This document shows positions 1 to 13,800 of a DNA stretch of 64,000 nt, piece by piece. This stretch comes from the human T2T-CHM13v2.0 reference genome, Homo sapiens: NCBI RefSeq assembly GCF_009914755.1, contig NC_060932.1, one strand, 5' to 3'. Each line of letters starts with the position of its first letter. The stretch's first letter is position 1. The translations under genes were made by a program, and so were the position numbers. The notes under the pieces were generated by a model. That model ran no database searches. It saw only the letters and a program-made list of their open reading frames with translations, and had not been told where the DNA came from.

Positions 1-140
1 AAAATTCTGGAAGAATGTACATAAATTTTAACAATGGTTACTTTGGGGCTATAGACTAATAGATAATTTAATTTTTCTTTTTGTTTATCTATATTTTTCT
101 ATGAGCATGTATTCATTACTTTTCGTTTAAGTTTTTAAAA
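1..140 (+). mobile_element. Old L1 (L1M-type) 3' end fragment
   Basis: AT-rich sequence resembling ancient L1 3' UTR ends ('ttctggaagaatgtacataaa...aacaatggttacttt...ttttaatttttcttttt'). Confidence 0.4.
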
Positions 141-445
141 GGTTAAAATTGCAAAACAGAAATGGAGAAATGGGGGGGTAGCATTCTATTAAACAACATA
201 CCTACGTTCAAGGAGGAAAGAAATAGACTAGCTTTCCCATATGCCTTACTCTTTTTCCAAATTTTCTACAAGAAATGTACATAGCAATTGTTTTTAACTA
301 GGAAGGAAGGCTGGGAGGCAAAGCAGAGGAAATGTGGCACAGCCCTTACCACATTCTCAATAATGGTCTCTCCCCAGGTTTTCCTCCCCTCCTGGCTCAC
401 CACCTTCCTCCCTCCAAGCCCACAGCCCTCATAACTGGGACTATA

Positions 446-797
446 TGCAATGAACTGGATGGTTGTGTACCTCTAAAGTTCATATGTTGAAATCCTACCC
501 TCTAGTGTGATGGTATTAGGAGGAGACCCCTTTTGGAGGTAATTAAATCATGAGAGTGGGGTCCTCATGAATGGTATAAAAGGGACCCTGGAGGGCTGTT
601 TTGCTCTCTTTATACCTTATGAGGATACTACAAAAAGTCAGTACTCTGCAACCTGGAAGATGGCCCTCAGAGAACCCCACAATGCTGGCACCCTCATCAG
701 GGATGTCTAGACTCCAGAAGTGTCTGAAATAAATTCCTGTTGTTTGTAGCCACCCTGTCTATGGTACTTTGTTATAGCAACCTGAATTGACTGACAC
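446..797 (+). mobile_element. MaLR solo LTR (MLT1A-like)
   Basis: MLT1 motifs 'ttcatatgttgaaatcctaccc...gtgatggtattaggagg' and 'aataaattcctgttgttt...ctatggtactttgttatagcaacctgaattgactgaca'. Confidence 0.8.
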
Positions 798-1099
798 CAT
801 GCTAGGGCTTTTGCCTCTGTTAACTCTGATTCCTGCCTTTGCATTCTGCCTTATATGTGAACTCTACTCTGACCTCCAAATTCTCCCTACAGCTCACCCC
901 TTCTCCAGTCATGAGCATTTGGCTCTGATTCAAAATACCTGGTTGACTGAATACAAACAATACTTTTTTTTAAAGAGCTTAATATAAAAGAGTGACCATT
1001 CACCAAGCACCTGCTATATGGCTGATACTGTGATAGAACAGATCAGATCACATCACTCTTCCATCCTAATGTCCACACTAGCCTCCAATCTCATTCATA

Positions 1100-1610
1100 A
1101 TCAACCTGTTATCACAGTGGCCTACCAGGCCTTGTGCCTCGTGGCCCTTGGTCACCCTCTAACTGCATCTCTTCCTACTCCTCCCTTTGCTCACTCTTCT
1201 CCAGCTACCCGGCCTCTCTGCCACTCCAGAGTATACATGGACACTCTGCCTTGAGGGTTTTCTATTGCAATTTCCTCTGCTCTGGAATTTTCCCACAGAT
1301 ATTCACTTGGCTCACACTCTCAGCTCCAAAGCTTTGCTTAAATGTCTCCTTCTTATGAGGCTTTCCCTCATCCTTCAAATTAAAACTGAAACCACCCCTG
1401 ACCTCAGGACCTTGTCCCTTTCTTACTTTTTCTCCATAGCACTCCCCACCACCTAACTCACTATGCATTTCATTCATTCATTTATTAGCTGCCTTCCCCC
1501 TAGAACATTGGCTCCCTGAGGACAGAAATTTGTTTTCATTTTTGTATCCCAGCCCCTTGAAAAATGTCTGTCATATACTAGGTTCTGAATAGATATACAG
1601 AAAATGAAGA
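1100..1610. mobile_element. L2 LINE 3' fragments
   Basis: L2 motifs such as 'cttaaatgtctccttcttatgaggctttccct' and 'ctagaacattggctccctgaggacag...tgtatccccagccc'. Confidence 0.6.
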
Positions 1611-2094
1611 AATTGGTGATTTATGGACAATACTGTTCATTTTCATAGCCATTTCTGGAGGCAGGCATTCAAAATTCCATTTACAGAAAAGCAAACTGAA
1701 CCTCAAATTAAGAGTGTGAAAATTTCACTCAGCAAGAAACAGTAAACTAGATTGCAAATCCACAGACATCAGGCTTCAAGGCCAATCTTCTTTCCACTAC
1801 AACTGCCTTACAACCACCCTAATGAAACATGTTTTCCAAAGGTGTGGAGGGACTGGGATCATTCTAGTGCCTATTGTACCTTTCAAAATCCTGCTAGCCA
1901 TATTGATAACCATATGCCAGGTTTAAGAAGCTTAAATCAATAAGATGATAAACATCTATTCCATTTGTAGGGCATTCAGGCATCTTGCCAGAGCCCGGTG
2001 CTCTTGCTCCAGATGTTCTTTTTGGCAGTGCTGTACCATTGGCCCTGGCAAAGCAACTGGCTTTGCAGTTAGACATACCCAGGCGCCAGCCCCA

Positions 2095-2275
2095 GACCCA
2101 GCGTGCACTATCTGAGTGGCCTGAAGCAATTTGCCTCCCTCTCCTGAGCCTCCAGATTCTCCTCTGTAAAAGAAGGTTAATATTCCAACCTCAGGAGATT
2201 CTTCCTAGGATTAACTAAAAGCATGCTCACAAAATGCCTAGCATAGTGCTTGGCACTTAGTAGTAAATGTGCTAT
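2095..2275. mobile_element. MIR SINE fragment
   Basis: MIR-like 'ctgagcctccagattctcctctgtaaaagaagg...gcctagcatagtgcttggcacttagtag'. Confidence 0.6.
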
Positions 2276-2358
2276 AGAAGATCCCTGTCTTCCTCAGGTG
2301 GCGATAGACAAGGGTAACAGTGAATTTCTTGGGCCCATGGTCAAGGAGCTAAACACAC

Positions 2359-2481
2359 AGGTGAGAACATATTGATGTCAAAGATGCCCTTAGGCCTTTG
2401 TACTCTACAAAGATGCTCCCATCGAGTTCAACGACTTTTAGCGAATCATTGAAAGACATTTGTTGTCTAACTTTTTGCAGT
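2359..2481 (+). repeat. Local direct duplication, copy 1 (123 bp)
   Basis: Aligns to 3661-3784 with 9 substitutions and 1 indel by manual alignment. Confidence 0.95.
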
Positions 2482-2983
2482 CCCCTCATGAGTGAAGAAA
2501 GTAATGAAGACAGCATTTTCATGCAGGGGGTCAATGGCTATTTCTGATGCTTCCATTTATTCTTTTGTAGCAGATTCTTAACAAATAAGAGTATTTGTAT
2601 TTTGTCAGAAAAAGTGAATTGCACAAATGTTATACTTCATCCACTTTTTGCTTCAACCTCATGCTAAGGTAATTTGATTATTACAAAGTATGTGTGTGTG
2701 TGCATTGATGGCACATTCACTGTGTGTAATTAATTATTCATATACTATGTCTCAATGTTTCATATATATTACCTCACTTAAGAAGGTAGTGAAACAACCA
2801 TTTACAGATGAGTACACCATGTGATTTTTTTTTTACTATGGCACTTAGTATTTGAAATTACCTTATTCTATTTTAGTATCTATTATCTTTCTCTTCTAAA
2901 CTGTGAGCTCCTTGAGGGGAGAGACCATGTCTGTTTTTCTTTACTCCTGCAACTCCAGTGCCTAGATCAGTGTCTAGAACATA

Positions 2984-3047
2984 TTAGATTGGTTAATTAA
3001 AGTTTACTTTTAATGGCAAAAACCTCAACTGCTTTTGCACCAAGTTA
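2984..3047. mobile_element. MADE1 (Hsmar1-derived MITE) with partly deleted left arm
   Basis: 'ttagattggt...tacttttaatggcaaaaacctcaactgcttttgcaccaagtta' matches the MADE1 centre and right TIR. Confidence 0.75.
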
Positions 3048-3660
3048 TAATTGGTTTTGAATACATATTTGTCAAAGAGAAAATGTAAAATACATTTTGC
3101 TGAAAAGAACTGACCAGCCCGAACCAGAAGTAACCATCCATGAATTCCCAGCAATATGCTTTTCTGAAAAATTACTTGATTACTTGGTTATATTACTTGA
3201 CATATTAAAATCCTGAACATATTTTCTGGAAAATTACTTAACTATTATGAATATTTAAAATCCTAACTTGTACTATAAGCAACTGATACCACTTCTGGAT
3301 GATATACACCTTCTTCCCGCCAACTTTACCCCCACTACCCAGTCTTCCTTAGGAGAACAGAAAGAAACATTCTTAAAACCATCCCTGAAATCCCAACTAT
3401 ATACTCAGCAGATCCTCTTTATTCTTTTTACTAAATTCTTGGAGGTTTTTATTGTTAAACCATGGTGAAATTTCATTTGTGTTTTTTATAGTGTAATAAT
3501 ATTACAATGAGATCTACAAATATATAAACAGCCTAAAAATATTTTTGTGCATGGCTTGGAGACGCGTCTTCAAGAGTATCCTTTGAGGTATTCTTAAGAG
3601 TAAAAATGCTCTGGAGTTCTACCCTTATTGTTGTTGTTTTCTTCCTTATTATTCCCATAT

Positions 3661-3784
3661 AGGAGAGAACATGTTGATGACAAAGATGCCCTTAGGCCTT
3701 TGTACTCTACAAAGATGCTCCCATTGAGTTCAGTGACTTTCAGTGAATCATTGAAAGATATTTTGTTGTCTAACTTTTTGCAGT
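3661..3784 (+). repeat. Local direct duplication, copy 2 (124 bp)
   Basis: Second copy of 2359-2481. Confidence 0.95.
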
Positions 3785-4104
3785 ACACTAGGGCAGTAAA
3801 AGATTTTCAACATCTTTTTAATAGTCTAACCAGATCTTATAAAATATGCAAGCTGTATTTTGAAGAATACAAAAAAAGCTGTAATATGTACTAAAAACTG
3901 CAAGAAGGAAAACAGTAACAAGCAAGAAAAAACAAAAATTGCTAAAGCCTTCCTTTATTTCCTGTAAGGATTTTTTAAAAGAATTTTACTGTATATATTT
4001 GAGGTTTCCAAAATGATGTTATGGGATACATAAAGATAGTAAAATGATGACAATAATGAAGCTGATTAACATATCTATCATCTCACATAGTTCTTTTTGT
4101 GTGA

Positions 4105-5927
<1,823 letters not shown>

Positions 5928-6769
5928 TTTTTTAAAAATCCCTAATACGGAGAGTCCTGTAAGGTTTTAATTAGACCCAACTTTGTTAAGCCTGGAATGG
6001 GAAGAGAATAATGAGCTTCTACTTTGGGAGGTTATGATAATCAGAAATTCTGACAATACTGATTTACTGCAAGGCACAAGAAAGGCCTGGTCTCAGATGG
6101 TGGAGTGGAAGGGCATGCAGTTGCAATCTCTGTGAAAAGGGATTAGGTGCTTGGTCAACACACTAAATCTGTGTGCAAGAGCTCAAGATCACTCCAGTCT
6201 ATAGGAATGCAGACATTTTTTTTCCCATCTTCTTTGGTATTAAAAAATAAATAAATCCTCTCATTGATACAGTGGGAAAGAATTTCAGAGGACATGTGAC
6301 CTACATCCCTTTTTCAACCAATGGGGTTGAAGCAAAGAAGGGTTTTCTAAAGTTCAGTAAATTAAATAGACCCACGAGAAGGCAAATAGCTTTTTTCTAC
6401 TTTTAGTTGTTGAAAAAATAGAACAAATTAGCAAATTATGAAAAAAAATAAAAATCAAATTCTACCGTCTTAGTAGTTTCATTTCATCTATGTAGGCATA
6501 AAGATTTTTGAAGTTGGGATGAGAAAGATGGATGATTTCCAGAGATTTATTTTATTTTATTTATTTAATTTTATGTTTTATTTTTATGACTACATCAAAG
6601 CTTTTATTTTCAATAGAGTTGATATGATTTGATCATAAGACTGGATGTGGCAACAGAAGATAGGGATTGAAGATTCCCAAGAATCTGATGTGGGTAACTG
6701 GGCAAACACCTTACGTAAACACCATCAGCCCAAGGAACAAATCAGAATCTCATTTTCGCAAACTATTCT

Positions 6770-7118
6770 TAGTGAATACTTGGCTATGTGAGTCCACCAA
6801 TAGGTTCTACCAATAGACGCACTGGTTCAAGATGTCTATTCAAAAGTGAACAATGGGAGGCAGCCACCAGGACATAGAATTCCTTTTCCCAGAGGTCTGG
6901 GAGTGAAGTAGCAGAGGTTCAAGCGTACAGAGGCTAGCATCCTGTGTCCATGTCCAGGCTTGACATCAATGAGGTCTACTGTATCAGCCTTGCATTGTGT
7001 TTTAGGGAATAATTCTTGAAAATGAAGCTTTCAAACCTGATTCTTTTGATTTCCTTGGGAGTTCCTAAGTTACTTGTTACTGTAATACATTTCTTTTCTG
7101 CTCAAGGATACTAGAAGG
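6770..7118 (+). mobile_element. Old ERVL-type LTR relic, subfamily uncertain
   Basis: LTR16/33-like motifs 'ggttctaccaatagacgcactgg' and 'aatacatttcttttctgctcaaggatactaga'. Confidence 0.4.
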
Positions 7119-7373
7119 GTATGATAACTGATCTCCAAAGATGGCCCTCTGTGAGCCTTACCTCCCAGTATCCGCAACCTTGTGCTGAACCCTCCTCTTG
7201 AATCTGGGTTGGCCCTGGGATGCACTCACAGCTGAATGTAGTGCAGTGATGCTGTGCCTTTCGTGACTGAGTCATAGGTAATCTTAAGCTTCCGCCTGTG
7301 CTCCTTGAAATGACGGCTCTTTGGAAGCTCTCATTTGGAACCCAGCTGCCATGCTGTCAGAAACTCAAGCCAC

Positions 7374-8188
7374 CATCCCACTCCCTCCTCCTAGGAGTTG
7401 GAATTTTTTAGATTCCATATGTAAGTGTGATCATAAAAGATATTTGTCTCTCTGTGCCTGGCTTATTTCACTAGTGTAATGTCCTCTAGGTTCATCTATG
7501 TTGTTAAAAAGGACATAATTTCTCATTTTAAAGGCTGAATAGTATGCTATTGTGCATACATATTACATTTAAAAAATCACTCGTCCATTGATGGACACTT
7601 ACGTTGTTTCCATATCTTGACTATTGTGAATAATGCTGCAATGAACATGGATGCAGAAATATTTTCAACACACAGATTTCAATCCCTTTGGGTAGAGACC
7701 CAGAAATGGGATTGCTGGATCATGTGGTAGTTTTAGTTTTAGTTTTTTGAGGAACCTACATACTGTTTTCCAAAATAGCTGTACTAATTTGTAATATCAT
7801 CAACATCCTACAAGGATTCCCTTTTCTCTACATCACTTGTTATCTTTCCTCTTTTTGATATCAAAAGCTGGGAAAGTGAGGTGAACAGGGAGAAAGGAGA
7901 AGTTACTCAACTAGTACAAAGTTTCAGATCAAAAGGAGGAATAAATTCTAGTGTTTCACTACACAGCATGGTGACTATAGTAATAATGTATAATTCAAAA
8001 TAGCTAAAAGAGAGGATTTAAATGTTCTCACCACAAAGAAATGATAAATATTTGAGGTGATGGGCATGCTAATTTACTTGATGTAATCATTCCACAATTG
8101 ATACATTTATCAAAACATCACATTGTACTCTATAAATACATAGAATTATTATGCATCAATTAAAATAAAATAAAACTAATGAAAAAGA
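7374..8188 (+). mobile_element. L1MA-type insertion with 5' inversion (inverted 7374-~7859, sense ~7860-8188)
   Basis: Two L1MA 3'-region pieces in opposite orientation; A-rich tail; TSD gaaac(tc)aagccac at 7360-7373 and 8189-8200. Confidence 0.8.
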
Positions 8189-8219
8189 GAAACAAGCCAC
8201 ATGGAGAAACTATGTATAA

Positions 8220-8911
8220 TGTCAGGACAAATGCAAATTAAAAGTAAGAGGCTTAATTCTCCCTATTGAAAATAAGGGAATAAATTTCCCTCCCCATCTT
8301 TTCATAGCATTTCCTTTGGAAAAACCTGTCATTTTAAATACTTTCTCCTTCTTTGAGGGGATAAGTCCTTTTTTCTAGATAAATTGTTTTAAAGACTAGG
8401 TAGGCCTTTTCTCAGCAGTATGATCCAGTAATACCTTCCTCTAGGGACTGGGAGCCATCTCTTTGAAATGGAACATCAAGGGAGACAGCACCCCTACCTC
8501 CCAATTTCTGTGAGAGAATAGTAATCTAACTTTGGTGGGTATCTTGATCCAAGTTGCAAAACACCTCCTATTACAGAGATATAAGAAGTTAGCTACCACA
8601 AATGGTCGCCCGATTACCAGGTAAAGTCAGGATGAACTAAATATGACATATGGTACTGTCAAGTCGTCTTACTTGATGGCTAGTTATTGTTTATCTTGAA
8701 AACAAGCATGCAATGGGTGATATTTGCTTGGCTATATAAAAGGGTGAGATGTGTTTTCCGTCTTTGCAGTGTCTTAGTGGACTGCCTGTGATGTGCATTG
8801 TATTCTGGTTTAATGTTTATTCAATAATAAAACTTTTATTTATCTACTACTTTTGTGGACAGATTTTCTGTGTTGGGAAAATAAATTTGTTTTAAATTAT
8901 GCTTCCCCAAA
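8220..8911 (+). mobile_element. ERV1-class solo LTR (MER34/MER4-group-like, subfamily uncertain)
   Basis: Starts with TG; carries 'gagccatctctttgaaatg...catcaagggagacagcacccct', TATA-like 'ctatataaaa' and AATAAA. Confidence 0.7.
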
Positions 8912-9017
8912 AGTAGATGCCCTGTGTCAGCCCCAGTGGAGGTCCCAGATGACAGCCAGTATCAACTGTCAGCCATGGAGTGAGCAGTCCTGACATCCAG
9001 TCCCGTGAGCCCTCAGA

Positions 9018-9073
9018 TGACTGCAGCCCCAGCCCACATCTGACTGCAGCCCCAGCCCACATCTGACTGCAGC
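9018..9073 (+). repeat. 23-bp tandem repeat, about 2.4 perfect copies
   Basis: (tgactgcagccccagcccacatc)x2 followed by tgactgcagc. Confidence 0.95.
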
Positions 9074-10829
9074 TATGTGAGACCCTGCAAGCCAGAAATG
9101 CCCAGCTGAACCCAGTCAATCATAGAACCATGAAAGATAACAACCAATTATTGTTTTAGGCCACTATGTTTTGAGGTCACTTATTACACAGCAAGAGATA
9201 ACCAAAACAAATGACTCGTTCTTGCAATTAAGAACTCTGGCTGATACATATAAACTTTCCTCTCCTTGGTGAAAAGTATCCTGAGAAATGAGAGTGCTTT
9301 CCACCTCTGAATTCCCCCATTGAAACTGGTGTTATTTTCTTTACAGAGTAGTTGCTAATAATTTTTTTTTTTTTTTTTGCTTACATCTCTTTTTGGACAG
9401 ATTGGGATTTAAACAAAATAAAAACAAGTTGGATGCAATGCTTGTCAGTTGAACAGAATATTTTTATCTAACAACTGCCTCTACAAAGCATTTGCTTCTG
9501 TTTGTTTACACACTCTGCAAATAATTTTCCTACAGTTTAAAGCCAATACACAGGAAATTGTGTTTAGAAAGTGCCAAGGCATTTTCAAAACCATTTTCAA
9601 GCTCTTCCCTTGGTTCATTGGGCATTTCAACGCTTATGCTCATTTCAGGGGACACGATTTTGGGCTTCTGTGCCCACCTTTCTTCCATTTTAACGGTATA
9701 ATGAAAAGCTCCCTATTTCTTCACCATAGGGACCTTTTTCATAAGCATCCACTGAACACTGTAAAGACTGAAACGAAATGAGTAGGCACAAAAAAAAATG
9801 CTATCTGGAGGGATTCATTGTTCCCTTTCTCTGGAGCGTCAGCTTGTGCATGTAACAATTATTGGATTATGTTTCTGCAGATGCATATTGTCTCCTGCAG
9901 TTTGACTTTCCCATTCCCCTGACAGATTACTGACTCCGAAGGTTTGAAGATGAAAGCAATTCAGACATAATCTTCATGCTTTTTCAGGATTGGCAGATGC
10001 CTTTTAGTTGAGATTTAAATTGAACTTTGGAAATTTAAAGCTGCTTTCCTTAGCTGATCTGGATCTTTCCTAATGTGATTACTCCTCAACTGAGATGCTC
10101 TGGAAGCATGGGCTCAAAGCATCAATTTCCCATCCTTCCTCACGACCATTTTTAAAAGCTGCACGTGACAGGAATCAGCCGACCAGCCATTTACAGAGAA
10201 AAGATTGTTGTAAAGGAAATATATTGAATGAAAACCAGACTGCAAAGTCTATTCCAGGCAACTACCTCATGTCTGGCTTGCTGCAATCTCTGACTTACCT
10301 CCGTTATCCATGCAGCTTCGGAAAATGACCTCATGACAGGGAGTAAAAAGTACTTGAGCAATTTAGAAAAGTAAGATGAGCAAGTGAGGTCAGGGAGAAT
10401 TCATTCACAGTGTCAGCAACCTTATCTGAAACAAGACAAAATGTTAGTATGTATCTCCCAGAGTTGACAGAAAGCCTAAAAATGATAAGCACTTAGGTAA
10501 TAGCCATAGCATTGTGTCTGGCTCCTTGTAAAGCACTGAATCAATTTTGCCTTTCAGTATTGCCATGTCCAGGATAACAAATGGGAGCAATGCATTCTGC
10601 ATTGTGCACTATGCTTTTTTTTTTTAATTATACTTTAAGTTCCAGGGTACATGTGCACAACGTGCAGGCTCGTTACATAAGTATACATGTGCCATGCTGG
10701 CCCCTGCACCCATCAACCCGTCATTTACATTAGGTATTTCTCCCAGTGCTATCCCTCCCCCTGCCCCCCACACCAGGACAGGCCCCAGTGTGTGATGTTC
10801 CCCTCCCTGTGACCAAGTGTTCTAATTGT

Positions 10830-13800
10830 TCAATTCCCACGTATGAGTGAGAACATGTGGTGTTTTGTTTTCTGTGCTTGCAATAGTTTGCTCAGAATGA
10901 TGGTTTCCAGCTTCATCCATGTCCCTGCAAAGGACATGAACTCATCCTTTTTAATGGCTGCATAGTATTCCATGGTGTATATGTGCCACATTTTATTAAT
11001 CCAGTCTATCATTGATGGAAATTTGGGTTGGTTCCAAGTCTTTGCTATTGTGAATAGTGCCGCAATAAACATACGTGTGCATGTGTCTTTATAGTAGCAT
11101 GATTTACAATCCTTTTGGTGTATACCCAGTAATGGGAGCGCTGGGTCAAATGGTATTTCTAGCTCTATATCCTTGAGGAATTGCCACACTGTCTTCCACA
11201 ATGGTTAAACTAATTTACACTCCCACCAACAGTGTAAAAGTGTTCCTACTTCTCCACATCCTCTCCAGCATCAGTTGTTTCCTGACTTTTTAACAATTGC
11301 CATTCTAACTGGTGTGAGATTGTATCTCATTGTGGTTTTGATTTGCATTTTTCTGATGACCAGTGATAATGAGCATTTTTTCATGTGTTTTTTGGCTGCA
11401 TAAATGTCTTCTTTTGAGAAGTGTCTGTTCATATCCTTTGCCCACTTTTTGATGGGGTTTTTTGTTTTTTTTTTTTCTTGTAAATTTGTTTAAGTTCTTT
11501 GTAGATTCTTGATATCAGCCCTTTGACAGATGGGTAGATTGAAAAAATTTTCTCCCATTCTGTAGGTTGCCTTTTCACTCTGATGGTAGTTGTCTTTGCT
11601 GTGCAGAAGCTCTTTAGTTTAATTAGATCCCATTTGTCTATTTTGGCTTTTGTTGCCATTGTTTTTGGTGTTTTAGTCATGAAGTCCTTGCCCATGCTTA
11701 TGTCCTGAATGGTTTTGCCTAGGTTTTCTTCTAGAGTTTTTATGGTTTTAGGTCTAACATTTAAGTCTTTAATCCATCTTGAATTAATTTTTGTATAAGG
11801 TGTAAGGAAGGGATCCAGTTTCAGCTTTCTATATATGAGTAGCTAGTTTTCCCAGCACCATTTATTAAATAGGGAATCCTTTCCCCATTTCTTGTTTTTG
11901 TCAGGTTTGTCAAAGATCAGATAGTTGTAGATGTGTGGTGTTATTTCTGAGGCCTCTGTTCTGTTCCATTGGTCTATATCTCTGTTTTGGTACCAGTACC
12001 ATACTGTTTTGGTTACTGTAGACTTGTAGTATAGTTTGAAGTCAGGTAGCATGACGCCTCCAGCTTTGTTCTTTTTCCTTAGGATTCACTTGGCAATGCA
12101 GGCTCTTTTCTGGTTCCATATGAACTTTAAAGTAGTTTTTTCCAATTCTATGAAGAAAGTCATTGGTAGCTTGATGGGGATGGCGTTGAATCTATAAATC
12201 ACCTTAGGCAGTATGGCCATTTTCATGATACTGATTCTTCCTATCCATGACCATGGAATGTTCTTCCATATGTTTGTGTCCTCTTTTATTTCATTGAGCA
12301 GTGGTTTGTAGTTCTCCTTGAAGAGGTCCTTCACCTCCCTTGTAAGTTGGATTCCTGGGTATTTTATTCTCTTTGTAGGAATTGTGAATGGGAATTCACT
12401 CATGATTTGGCTCTCCGTTTGTCTGTTATTGGTGTATAGGAATGCTTGTGATTTTTGCACATTGATTTTGTATCCTGAGACTTTGCTGAAGTTGCTTATC
12501 AGCTTAAGGAGATTTTGGGCTGAGATGATGAGGTTTTCTAAATGTACAATCATGTCATCAGCAAAAAGGGACAATTTGACTTCTTCTTTTCCTAATTGAA
12601 TACCCTTTATTTATTTCTCTTGCCTGATTGCCGTGGCCAGAACTTCCAACACTATGTTGAATAGGAGTGGTAAGAGAGGGCATCCCTGTCTTGTGCCAGT
12701 TTTCAAAAGGAATGCTTCCAGTTTTTGCCCATTCAGTATGATATTGGCTGTGGGTTTGTCATAAATAGCTCTTATTATTTTGAGATATGTTCCATCAATA
12801 CCTAGTTTATTGAGAGTTTTTAGCATGAAGGGCTGTTGAATTTTGTCAAAGGCCTTTTCTGCATCTTTTGAAATAATCATGTGGTTTTTGTCGACAGTTC
12901 TGTGATGGATTACGTTTATTGATTTGCACATGTTGAACCAGCCTTGCATTCCAGGGATAAAGCAGACTTGATCGTGGTGGATAACCTTTTTGGTGTGCCG
13001 CTGGATTCGGTTTGCCAGTATTTTATTGAGGATTTTCACATCAATGTTCATCAGGGATATTGGTCTAAAATTCTCTTTCCTTGTTGTGTCTGTGCCAGGC
13101 TTTGGTATTAGGATGATACTGGCCTCATAAAATGAGTTAGGGAGGATTCCCTCTTTTTCTGTTGACTGGAATAGTTTCAGAAGGAATGGTACCAACTCCT
13201 CTTTGTACCTCTTGTAGAATTCAGCTGTGAATCCGTCTGGTCCTAAACTTTTTTTGGTTGGTAAGCTATTAATTATTGCCTCAATTTCAGAGCCTGTTAT
13301 TAGTCTATTCAGAGATTCAATTTATTCCTGGTTTAGTCTTGGGAGGGTGTACATGTCCAGGAATTTATCTATTTCTTCTAGATTTTCTAGTTTATTTGTG
13401 TAGAGGTGTTTATAGTATTCTCTGATGGTAGTTTATATTTCTGTGAGATTGGTGGTGATATCCCCTTTATCATTTTTTATTGCATCTATTTGATTCTTCT
13501 GTCTATTCTTCTTTATTAGTCTTGCTAGTGTTCTATCAATTGTGTTGATCTTTTCAAAAAACCAGCTCCTGGATTCACTGATTTTTTTGAAGGGTTTTTT
13601 GTGTCTCTATCTCCTTCAGTTCTGCTCTGATCTTAGTTATTTCTTGCCTTCTGCTACCTTTTGAATTTGTTTGCTCTTGCTTCTCTAGTTCTTTTAATTG
13701 TGATGTTAGGGTGTCGATTTTAGATCTTTCCTGCTTTCTCTTGTGGGCATTTAGTGCTATAAATTTCCCTCTATACACTGTTTTAAATGTGTCCCAGAGA

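Larger units (their letters stand above)
7119..9209 (+). mobile_element. Old MLT1 LTR in three pieces (~7119-7373, ~8201-8219, ~8912-9209)
   Basis: MLT1 sequence reads continuously once the inserts are removed: 'gccatgctgtcagaaactcaagccac|atggagaaactatg|...cagccccagtggaggtcccagatgacagccag...gataaccaaaaca'. Confidence 0.75.

Noticed and set aside
2359-3784. The 123-bp direct repeats as LTRs of a small retroelement or as CRISPR-like repeats
   Set aside because: No TG..CA termini, PBS, PPT or TSD seen; only two copies; eukaryotic context
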